Assembly (NCBI RefSeq): GCF_000621645.1
Contig: NZ_JHXR01000002.1
Span: forward strand, 240,001 to 272,000
DNA length: 32,000 nt
Reading direction: 5' to 3'
Origin: Vibrio cholerae ATCC 14035
GTDB lineage: Bacteria; Pseudomonadota; Gammaproteobacteria; Enterobacterales; Vibrionaceae
In this document: one piece after another, positions 1 to 7,392 of the stretch
Layout of the letters: each line of letters starts with the position of its first letter
Numbering within the stretch: position 1 is the stretch's first letter
Notes under the pieces: model-generated
What the model saw: the letters and a program-made list of their open reading frames with translations, nothing else
Told to the model about the DNA's origin: nothing
Database searches by the model: none
Program-made: the position numbers and the translations under genes

Positions 1-338
1 TCAGAAGCAAGTAAGCCTTTAGCCTGAACGTTGAACTGTGCTACGTTAAAATCGCCATCTTCCCAACCATTTGCGCCGCTATTGCCTTGCGCAATCATTG
101 ACTCGACTTTCCACGTCTGTTCACCGGTTTTCAGTTCTTCAGCAAACCCAAACTCATAGTAGTTGTCGTTTTCGTTACCAAGACGACCTGTTCCTGCTTT
201 GTTTACAGCCTGGTCAGCATTACCGTTACCACTAATTCCAGTACCAGCGCGGAAGTAGCCATTGAAATCGACAGCGAAAGCAGAACCAGCTGCGAGCGTC
301 GCGGCCACTGCGGCAGCAATTACACTTACTTTTTTCAT
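1..338 (-). CDS. ompS: Maltoporin (LamB/OmpS family), 5' part only; gene continues past the left edge
   Basis: ATG at 338-336 on the minus strand. Hand translation gives [39 protein letters not shown]...[15 protein letters not shown]. The signal peptide ends AFA, and the VDFxGYxRxG and RLGNE motifs align with the E. coli LamB N-terminus. It is absent from the ORF track because there is no in-window stop. Confidence 0.85.
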   Translation of the reverse strand, partial: MKKVSVIAAAVAATLAAGSAFAVDFNGYFRAGTGISGNGNADQAVNKAGTGRLGNENDNYYEFGFAEELKTGEQTWKVESMIAQGNSGANGWEDGDFNVAQFNVQAKGLLAS

Positions 339-481
339 CGTTAACTCCATTTAGGGTTTTTATTTTGGATTCTTGACCCTCTTTTCTGTCGAGCCCCCAA
401 AGGCAGAAAGTTGGCAGCATAAAAAGAGAGGTAAGACGGGAACGAGTCCCCAGTTGTTTCAACTGTGGTGAGATTACGTGA

Positions 482-642
482 GGAGGATAAAAGGCACTTC
501 CTCCACCCCATTTTTATTTGGGGGGGAGGAGAAAGGATGAGAAAAATTACAGTATGTTGTTTTTAAAACTTAGATCACGTTATTTAGGGGGAGTAGGTTA
601 GCCACTTTCTAAATAAACCAATACAAAGTGTATGGAGGATCA
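482..642. promoter_or_regulatory. Divergent maltose-regulon control region with several MalT-box-like motifs
   Basis: GGA(G/T)GA cores lie at 482-487, 525-530 (GGGGAGGAGA, 9/10 to GGGGA(T/G)GAGG), 535-540 (AAGGATGAGA) and 634-639 on the + strand, and at 504-499 on the - strand. GGGGAGTAGG lies at 588-597. The region sits between divergent maltoporin and debranching-enzyme genes. Confidence 0.6.
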
Positions 643-769
643 CTATTTAGCCCCATTCTCGTCATTAATATGAAATAAAATTACAGATAAATATTTGTGA
701 CCGCGCGCTTGACCTAAGACAAGCAAAGCCTTTTACTTAATAACGTGGTGCGCTAAAAAACGATTAAAA

Positions 770-2740
770 ATGAAAATGAACCTGTCAACGCCTTTCCCAT
801 TAGGAGCAACACTCGATGCAGAGGGTTGTAACTTTGCGATTTATGCTCCAGCCAATCGAGATATTCTCTTGGCTCTCTTTCATGCTGACGGTAGCTATGA
901 AACACATCAGCTTGAACATGAATATGCAGGGGTCAAACATACGCATATTTCTGGCATTCATGCTGGGCAGAAATACGGTTATTTAATCCAGCTCAATGAT
1001 GAATTGCATTATATTTCTGACCCTTACGCTCGAGCGTTAGAAGGGCCGCTGCATTATGCTCCGCCATTTGACAGCCATAAAAGTTTTGATCTGCCAAAAT
1101 GTGTAGTCACAGATACCCACTTTGATTGGCAAAACGTGGCTAAGCCGCGTATCGCCCGAGATGAGATGGTGTTATTTGAAACCCATGTCAAAGGGTTAAC
1201 CCAATTAAATCCGGATGTAGAAAAAGCCCTACGTGGCAAATATTTAGGGTTGGTGAGCCAACCTATGCTGGATTTTTATCGCCAGCAAAATATTAATACT
1301 CTGCAGCTACTCCCAATTGCAGCTTGTATGCATGAGCCCCATCTCTTGGAAAGTGGCAAGGTCAATTATTGGGGTTATAACCCTTATGTATTTATGGCCC
1401 CCGATCCACGTTACGCAAGTAAAGACGCCGTCAATGAACTAAAAACCACCATCCGTGAGCTGCATCGCAACGGCATCCAAGTCATTTTGGATGTGGTGTA
1501 TAACCACACTGCAGAAGGTGGAACCAATGGACCGGTGTTCAACCTCAAAGCCCTTGATCCAAACTACTATCTGCACCATGGCGATCACTACGCCAACTAC
1601 ACGGGATGTGGCAACACGGTCGATCTCTCCAACCAAGCGGCTCTGAATTTAGTGATGGACACGCTTCGCTGTTGGGTAACAGAATATCAGATTGACGGTT
1701 TTCGTTTCGATTTAGCCGCCACCCTCGGCCGACGTGGTGATGAGTTCAGCAAAGAAGCGGCCTTTTTCAAAGCCGTTGCACAAGATCCGGTGCTGCGCGA
1801 AGTAAAGCTGATTGCCGAACCTTGGGACATTGGCCCCAATGGCTACCAAGTGGGTAACTTTCCTTTTGGTTGGAATGAAACCAACGACAAACTACGCGAT
1901 ATTACCCGTAGCTTCTGGCGTGGCGACCTAGGCTTTTTGAAGGAGTTTGCAACACGCCTCATGGGTTCACGCGACCTCTACAGCGCGGCTAACTGGCCTT
2001 ACAAACTGACCGTCAACTACATCACCTATCACGATGGGTTTACGCTGCAAGATTTAGTGTCTTATAAACACAAACACAACGAAGCGAATGGCGAACAAAA
2101 CCGCGATGGCCATGGTGATAACCGCTCAGACAACTACGGTTTTGAAGGTGACACCGACAGTATCGTGATCCGCGCGACTCGTGAGCGGCAGAAACGTAAC
2201 TTTATGGCTAGCCTGCTGTTTGCTTTCGGTATTCCACACATTCTCACCGCCGATGTGCTCTCACACACTCAAAAAGGCAACAATAACGCTTACTGTCAAG
2301 ACAACGACATCAGCTGGTTAAACTGGGAAAACAACGAAACCAAACAAGATTTTCGTGAATGGCTTGCCGGTATGGTAGCAGCAAGACAAACCTACATGGT
2401 GCCCTTTATTCGCGCATTTAGTGGCGAAAACCGTAACAATAACCGTATTGCTTGGCGTAGGGTGGATGGCAAACCTATGGAAATGGATGACTGGAATCGC
2501 CTCTCCTCGGTCGCCTTGCATATCGGCATCGGTAGTGATGGCCCTGAAATGTTGTATTTGATTAATCAAACCAACGCGCCAGCGCGCTTTGTGCTCCCTA
2601 AAGATAGGCAGCAGGATTGGCGTTTGATTTGCGATACCAATATGCGCCATGCTCAGCATGGTCATGCTGAAGGTGAAGTGTTGCAACTGCCTGTTTCAAT
2701 GTCGATTCTGCACTATCAACCAAAGAAAAAATCGGCTTAA
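770..2740 (+). CDS. glgX: Glycogen/maltodextrin debranching enzyme, GlgX-type (GH13)
   Basis: 656-aa ORF. It has an N-terminal CBM48-like PLGATLDAEGCNFAIYAP segment and the GH13 catalytic regions VILDVVYNHT, GFRFDLA, EPWD and YITYHDGFT. The start could be 770 or 776, and there is no clear SD. Confidence 0.9.
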   Translation: MKMNLSTPFPLGATLDAEGCNFAIYAPANRDILLALFHADGSYETHQLEHEYAGVKHTHISGIHAGQKYGYLIQLNDELHYISDPYARALEGPLHYAPPFDSHKSFDLPKCVVTDTHFDWQNVAKPRIARDEMVLFETHVKGLTQLNPDVEKALRGKYLGLVSQPMLDFYRQQNINTLQLLPIAACMHEPHLLESGKVNYWGYNPYVFMAPDPRYASKDAVNELKTTIRELHRNGIQVILDVVYNHTAEGGTNGPVFNLKALDPNYYLHHGDHYANYTGCGNTVDLSNQAALNLVMDTLRCWVTEYQIDGFRFDLAATLGRRGDEFSKEAAFFKAVAQDPVLREVKLIAEPWDIGPNGYQVGNFPFGWNETNDKLRDITRSFWRGDLGFLKEFATRLMGSRDLYSAANWPYKLTVNYITYHDGFTLQDLVSYKHKHNEANGEQNRDGHGDNRSDNYGFEGDTDSIVIRATRERQKRNFMASLLFAFGIPHILTADVLSHTQKGNNNAYCQDNDISWLNWENNETKQDFREWLAGMVAARQTYMVPFIRAFSGENRNNNRIAWRRVDGKPMEMDDWNRLSSVALHIGIGSDGPEMLYLINQTNAPARFVLPKDRQQDWRLICDTNMRHAQHGHAEGEVLQLPVSMSILHYQPKKKSA

Positions 2741-2874
2741 AAGTAGCGAAGAGAGCAGCAAGCTGCGACAATGGCAACCTTTAGAGCGGCACCGTCTCGT
2801 GCCGTTCACACCAACAGAAGCAACGTTCTCGTTGCTTTCGCGTTACAGAGCTATAGAAAAACAGAGGAAATTGA

Positions 2875-3126
2875 ATGAACCCCATTCTAGCGATGCTGAA
2901 AGAAAACAATATCAGTAACGAGCAGATCAACGAGTTGTTTCAAACTCTGACCCAAAACCCGCTTGCCGCCATGGCCACGCTGGCGCAACTCGGTCTTCCT
3001 CAAGACAAAATGCAAATGGTACTGGCGCAAGTAATGCAAAATCCGGCGCTGATCAAACAAGCCGTTGAAGAGCTGGGACTCGACTTCGCAAAAGTAGAAG
3101 CAGCGAAAGCCAAGCTCCAACAATAG
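2875..3126 (+). CDS. Small helical protein of unknown function (83 aa) with an internal two-fold repeat
   Basis: ATG is preceded by AGAGGA (2864-2869). Two QNP(L/A)...LGL(P/D) segments are present. There is no signal peptide. Possibly a DUF2999-type protein (memory only). Confidence 0.6.
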   Translation: MNPILAMLKENNISNEQINELFQTLTQNPLAAMATLAQLGLPQDKMQMVLAQVMQNPALIKQAVEELGLDFAKVEAAKAKLQQ

Positions 3127-3138
3127 GCCACTACCTTT

Positions 3139-3266
3139 TATACCCAAACGACTTGGAGTTGCAGATAGACGGTGAATGAGTGAATCCTCATAAGTATAGA
3201 GACACTCTGTGATTGGGATGAGCGAATGCAACCAACACCGCTGCAGCTTCAACTAGCAAGAGGATA
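3139..3266 (+). repeat. ERIC/IRU-type intergenic repeat, full-length copy (about 128 bp)
   Basis: The core gtgaatcctcataagtatagagacactctgtgattgggatgagcga resembles the ERIC core GTGAATCCCCAGGAGCTTACATAAGTAAGTGACTGGGGTGAGCG. The ends tatacccaaacgacttgg...ccgctgcagcttcaactag match the reverse complement of 31370-31499 along the whole length. Confidence 0.8.
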
Positions 3267-3271
3267 GCAAA

Positions 3272-3304
3272 AGGCTATGATGAATAGCGGTTCATACATA
3301 GCCT
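3272..3304 (+). terminator. Stem-loop after the small ORF and ERIC copy (possible terminator)
   Basis: aggctatg (3272-3279) pairs with catagcct (3297-3304), with additional inner pairing atgaa/ttcat. The T-run is not immediately adjacent. Confidence 0.4.
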
Positions 3305-3586
3305 GATCCTAGTGTCATTTTTTCACCACAACTCACGCCCAAAATTCTCATAGCGCTCAATGTCTGTTCACCCGTGTTTACACCTTATCGTCATAAAATC
3401 TCTTCACAATCCGACATAAAATGCGATAGATCGCACATAATTTCGTTTTATTAATGCAATCGGTGTTATACTCCGCTGCAATTCTTCACCAGCGTTATGC
3501 AACTTCGCTCGTGAACCGCAACTTGGACAGCGCATTCAACATATGGACGTGACCAACCCGCTTTACCACGAGGTCACAGACTCTTT

Positions 3587-5218
3587 ATGGCTTTCTTCAA
3601 AAATTTAGCGAGAGGCAAAAAAATCGCAGTCGCGTTTGGCGTGATTGCCTTAATCAACTTAGCTTTTGGTGGCTACCTTTATAACTCCCTTCATACCATT
3701 AAAAGCGACGTACTCAATCTGACTGACGATACCTTACCTTCGATGATGTTGGTGAACGGTATCAAGTACAATATGTCCTCCGTGCGTAGAGCGCAAATCA
3801 GCTTACTTTCCTCAACCGATGAAGCAGAAATCGCCGAAGACATCCGCTGGATGAACGATCACTATCAACAAATCGCCCAAGATCTGAGCCGCTATGAGCG
3901 CAGCATTTGGACCGATCACGAACGTAGCATCTTCATGCCAGTGAAAAACTTATGGAACGAGTACTTACGCCAGCTCGGTTCATTTAACAACGACATCCTA
4001 CAAAAAGAGATGATCAAAGCGCAGCAAGATCTGCAACGCTCTCTACCTACGTTTGAAAAGTTGGAAACAGCGATTGACGAACTGCTGAAACTCAACCTCT
4101 CTTATGTGGATAATAACCGCAGTGAGCTGACCGAGCTTATTGATAACATTAGCGAATTTTCTGTCGCAAGCATTGTTGCCCTCCTCGCCTTTATGAGTGC
4201 GGTGACGTGGCTGCTCACCAATCTTATCTGCAGTCCACTGATGCAAGTCGTCACTCAAGCGAATGCGATTGCCGAAGGTAACTTAGCGCACCGCTTAGAT
4301 CGCAAAACCATCGGTCACGACGAATTAGGTGAACTGGCAGATGCCTGCAGCAAAATGCAAAATAACCTGCGCCTGATGGTCGAAGAGATCATTACTAGCG
4401 CGACTCAACTGGCGCATGCGGTGGATGAAGTGAGCGCGGTGTCCGAGCAAACATCACAAGGCATGCAGATCCAGCAAGAAGAAGTGATGCAAATTGCAAC
4501 AGCCATGGCCGAGATGAAATCGACCGTAGCAGAAGTCGCTCGTAATACTGAAGTCGCTTCAGATGCATCACGCGACAGCAGCCAACACGCCAACGTGGGT
4601 TCACAACAAATGCGCGCCGTCAATGACTCGATTCAACATGTGAATCAAGAGATCGGCCGCACAGAACAGCGTGTGCTGGAGCTAGAAAGCCAAGCGCAAC
4701 AAATCAACATGGTGGTTGATGTGATCAGTAACATCGCGGAACAGACGAACCTACTCGCACTGAACGCAGCGATTGAAGCCGCGCGCGCTGGCGAACAAGG
4801 CCGTGGCTTTGCGGTAGTCGCCGACGAAGTACGTTCGCTGGCAGGTAAAACCCAGCAGTCCACTGGCGATATCGTTGAGATCATTCAAAACTTGCAAGCC
4901 TGCGCACAAAAAGCACGCGAAACCACCAACAACAGTCGTGAGTTGATCAACCACTGTGTAGAGCAAAGCCAAGAAACACAGCAAGCGATTGAGCAAATTC
5001 GTCACCAAAGTAGCCAAATTGCCGATATGACAATTCAAATTGCCAGCGCCTGTGGTGAGCAAGATTCGGTGAGTGAAGAACTCAGCCGTAACATTGAGCG
5101 AATCAACGAGTCAGCCAAGCAAGTCGCACAGGGCTCCTCTAGCGCTGCTCAATCTTGCGCAGAACTCAGCCAGCTAGCGAGCCAGTTGCAAGATACGGTA
5201 CAGCGCTTTCGTTTGTAA
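3587..5218 (+). CDS. Methyl-accepting chemotaxis protein, four-helix-bundle (4HB/TarH-like) periplasmic sensor
   Basis: 543 aa. There are two TM segments with about 165 aa of helical periplasmic region between them. A HAMP domain follows ([17 protein letters not shown]). The conserved signalling hairpin is [35 protein letters not shown]. Confidence 0.92.
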   Translation: MAFFKNLARGKKIAVAFGVIALINLAFGGYLYNSLHTIKSDVLNLTDDTLPSMMLVNGIKYNMSSVRRAQISLLSSTDEAEIAEDIRWMNDHYQQIAQDLSRYERSIWTDHERSIFMPVKNLWNEYLRQLGSFNNDILQKEMIKAQQDLQRSLPTFEKLETAIDELLKLNLSYVDNNRSELTELIDNISEFSVASIVALLAFMSAVTWLLTNLICSPLMQVVTQANAIAEGNLAHRLDRKTIGHDELGELADACSKMQNNLRLMVEEIITSATQLAHAVDEVSAVSEQTSQGMQIQQEEVMQIATAMAEMKSTVAEVARNTEVASDASRDSSQHANVGSQQMRAVNDSIQHVNQEIGRTEQRVLELESQAQQINMVVDVISNIAEQTNLLALNAAIEAARAGEQGRGFAVVADEVRSLAGKTQQSTGDIVEIIQNLQACAQKARETTNNSRELINHCVEQSQETQQAIEQIRHQSSQIADMTIQIASACGEQDSVSEELSRNIERINESAKQVAQGSSSAAQSCAELSQLASQLQDTVQRFRL

Positions 5219-5243
5219 TAGTTCGAACGAATAGGTATTTGAT

Positions 5244-5272
5244 AGGGCGATGATATTCATCGCCCTTTTTTA
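5244..5272 (+). terminator. Rho-independent terminator of the MCP gene
   Basis: agggcgatga (5244-5253) pairs with tcatcgccct (5257-5266), followed by a T-run. Confidence 0.8.
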
Positions 5273-5332
5273 TCTCTAAGTGGAATGCCGAACTTATGAT
5301 TCAAGCCACTCTCACAGCACATCAATCCAGAT

Positions 5333-5740
5333 TCAGTTCCAATCACATTCAATAGTTCTTATCGCTGCCGCATCCTCGTCAAAGCAAACATAGGCGGATT
5401 TAGCTTGGTGAGCGTCAAAGCTAACGTATCCTGCCTTGAGATCCTCTTTTCTAAATGAAAGTTGAGTTGCTTCAACTTCTCGCCCATTAATTAATGTCGC
5501 TTTAAGCCGTTTAGTGAGCCAAACGGCCACTTTTTGCTGATGTTGAGATAGCGTCAAGGAAATTTCGGCGCAGCGCAATGGTGGGTTTGGTGATATGGTC
5601 TTACTGCCGTCATGTTCAAAGACTTGGTAGCCCCGATCCACATCCTGCAGTTGATTTATTGTCACCTCACAAATCGGTGCTCCCATTGCGTTCAAGGACA
5701 CCATACCCAGTAAAACTGCTGTGCGTTTTCTCCACACCAT
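5333..5740 (-). CDS. Secreted hypothetical protein (135 aa, 4 Cys)
   Basis: ATG at 5740 has GGAGA 7 nt upstream. The N-terminal signal peptide is RKRTAVLLGMVSLNAMGA. I recognise no family. Confidence 0.6.
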   Translation of the reverse strand: MVWRKRTAVLLGMVSLNAMGAPICEVTINQLQDVDRGYQVFEHDGSKTISPNPPLRCAEISLTLSQHQQKVAVWLTKRLKATLINGREVEATQLSFRKEDLKAGYVSFDAHQAKSAYVCFDEDAAAIRTIECDWN

Positions 5741-5893
5741 TCCATTTCTCCATCACAATTTTGTGCTGAGAGTAACCCGAACGCTTCCAGAACGCTGTCA
5801 AAAAATAGTGAATTGCCGTTTAGCTAAACAAAACATCTGCCCACTATTCCCGCCCCTTCCCTGTCGTGTTTCAAAACATATCGGGCGAGAAAT

Positions 5894-5926
5894 AAATCAA
5901 GCGGCATAACGGTTGCCGCTTGATTT
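5894..5926 (-). terminator. Terminator of the MCP-SBP operon (13-bp stem)
   Basis: aaatcaagcggca (5894-5906) pairs with tgccgcttgattt (5914-5926) around a 7-nt loop. The minus-strand reading is followed by a T-rich tail. Confidence 0.7.
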
Positions 5927-5931
5927 CTAAC

Positions 5932-5993
5932 TAGGCTCTCCACTTTAAGCTGTCGTAGTTTTACCTACCTGCAATGCCATATGGTTTGAACAC
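5932..5993 (-). repeat. Short, internally deleted ERIC-like element (about 60 bp)
   Basis: ccactttaagctgtcgtag resembles the ERIC left end ctacttgaagctgcagcgg (31381-31399). cctacctgcaatgccatatggtttgaaca resembles the right end cctacctgcaacgccaagtagtttgggtata (31469-31499). The central core is missing. Confidence 0.45.
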
Positions 5994-6007
5994 ATTGAGT
6001 CGATAAC

Positions 6008-7384
6008 TTATTCCGACAATATTGTGGCCTCCGTTGGGGGTACAGGATCGCTTGCAACGACAGGAGCAATATCAACAACAGGAAGTGTATTTAGGCGCGT
6101 CGTCGGAGATATGGGCTCAACACATTGACACTCTTGTTCTTTCGCTTTACGAGTTTGATGGGGAGCGTACCAGCGTTTTAAACCTTGCTCTAGGCGCTCT
6201 GCCGCAGCGGTTGGTGTCATTTTGCCAACCAATACCGCTTGGCTCACTTCGGCAAGCTCATCACCTAACTTAGGTTGACCACGCGAAAGAATTTGCGTTG
6301 CGACCCGAATGGTTGAGTCACATTGATCGCGCCACTCCATCATTTCACGCGCCGCAGGATTGGTGACGTCAAAGAAGTGGTTAGACAACGAGAAAAACCC
6401 CGGTAGCGAATTGGTATACAACTCAGCAAACTCTGGTGTGGTTAACCATTGTAAAAAGGCCATCGCTGCTTGCGGATTTTTGCTGGCCGGGTTCATCCCC
6501 ATACCGATGTCAGTGTGGTCAGTAAAGAAACAGCCATCCCCTTGCTTTGCGACAGGAGGGCGCATAACGCCAAAATCGACTTTATCGGTAAATGGTGCAA
6601 TTTCCCACGAACCCGCCACATAAAGCGCGGCTTTACCCGAGGTAAAGAGCTCATTACTGGTGCCATAATCCCTCAGCTCACCGTCCTCACCTAAATAGGC
6701 TCGCCAACGCGCTAGCTCTTCAAACACCTTCACGTACTGTGAATCGTCCAAATGCTCTTGGCCATTAATCAAAGCCAAACGACCATCTTCCCCTTTCCAA
6801 TAATTGGGGCCGATATTTTGATAGCCCAATTCAGATGCGACCCAGCTTTCAGAACCACTCATCGATAAGGGGATATAACGTCCATCCGCTTTCACTTTAT
6901 CGAGAACGGTAAAAAACTGTTCACGGGTTTGCGGCACACTCAACCCTAACTCATTGAAAATTTTCTTATTATAGAAAAAACCATGTATCACTGAAGCCAT
7001 AGGGACACAGAAGGTTTGTGCCCCAGAATCGGTTTGCCAAGGCGCTTGGGCAAAGCTCGGGAAATTTTCCATCCCAGCCATTTCGGTGATTTCTGCCAAG
7101 TGCCCGGCTTTGAAAAGTGCCAAAGAATCATCAAACGGGCGGCAAGTGATCAAATCTCCCGCTTTTCCAGCTTTTAAGTTTTCCCACAACGTTGGCGTAT
7201 AGTTCACATTCGGCACTGGGTTAAATTTCACTTTGATGCCAGGATTCGCAGCTTCAAAAGCGGGGATGATTTTTTGCTCCCACAGCGCCTTATCATCGGC
7301 GCGCCAACTTTCAATCACCAATTCGCTGGCCATCAACTGACCCGATAGTAGGAGACCTAGAGCTCCAATCCACTTGTTCGTCAT
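6008..7384 (-). CDS. Periplasmic solute-binding protein, family 1 (sugar/polyol-type ABC SBP fold), orphan, with a Pro/Val-rich C-terminal tail
   Basis: 458 aa. The signal peptide is WIGALGLLLSGQLMA. The layout is typical of SBP_bac_1/8 (ESWRADDKALWEQKIIPAFEAANPGIKVKF..., AGSWE). No ABC permease or ATPase gene is adjacent. The start is coupled to the upstream MCP stop. Confidence 0.85.
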   Translation of the reverse strand: MTNKWIGALGLLLSGQLMASELVIESWRADDKALWEQKIIPAFEAANPGIKVKFNPVPNVNYTPTLWENLKAGKAGDLITCRPFDDSLALFKAGHLAEITEMAGMENFPSFAQAPWQTDSGAQTFCVPMASVIHGFFYNKKIFNELGLSVPQTREQFFTVLDKVKADGRYIPLSMSGSESWVASELGYQNIGPNYWKGEDGRLALINGQEHLDDSQYVKVFEELARWRAYLGEDGELRDYGTSNELFTSGKAALYVAGSWEIAPFTDKVDFGVMRPPVAKQGDGCFFTDHTDIGMGMNPASKNPQAAMAFLQWLTTPEFAELYTNSLPGFFSLSNHFFDVTNPAAREMMEWRDQCDSTIRVATQILSRGQPKLGDELAEVSQAVLVGKMTPTAAAERLEQGLKRWYAPHQTRKAKEQECQCVEPISPTTRLNTLPVVDIAPVVASDPVPPTEATILSE

Positions 7385-7392
7385 AAGCCCTC

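Noticed and set aside
2887-3252. A 121-aa minus-strand ORF spanning the small-protein gene and part of the ERIC element.
   Set aside because: It is antisense to an ORF with an SD and a repeat structure, and it runs through a non-coding repeat. No start context is present.
3139-3266. Possibility that the roughly 128-bp repeats are integron VCR/attC sites.
   Set aside because: The sequence does not resemble the VCR consensus as I remember it: there are no GTTA/TAAC R-box termini. The core matches ERIC instead. No cassette-like promoterless ORF array is present.
4645-4884. Antisense ORFs at 4645-4884(-), 7760-8008(+) and 29157-29351(+) that share the peptide [10 protein letters not shown](C/A)[10 protein letters not shown]. 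This looks like a conserved hidden gene family.
   Set aside because: All three lie exactly opposite the most conserved MCP signalling hairpin ([30 protein letters not shown]). The shared antisense peptide is a by-product of sense-strand conservation. No SD or independent signal is present.
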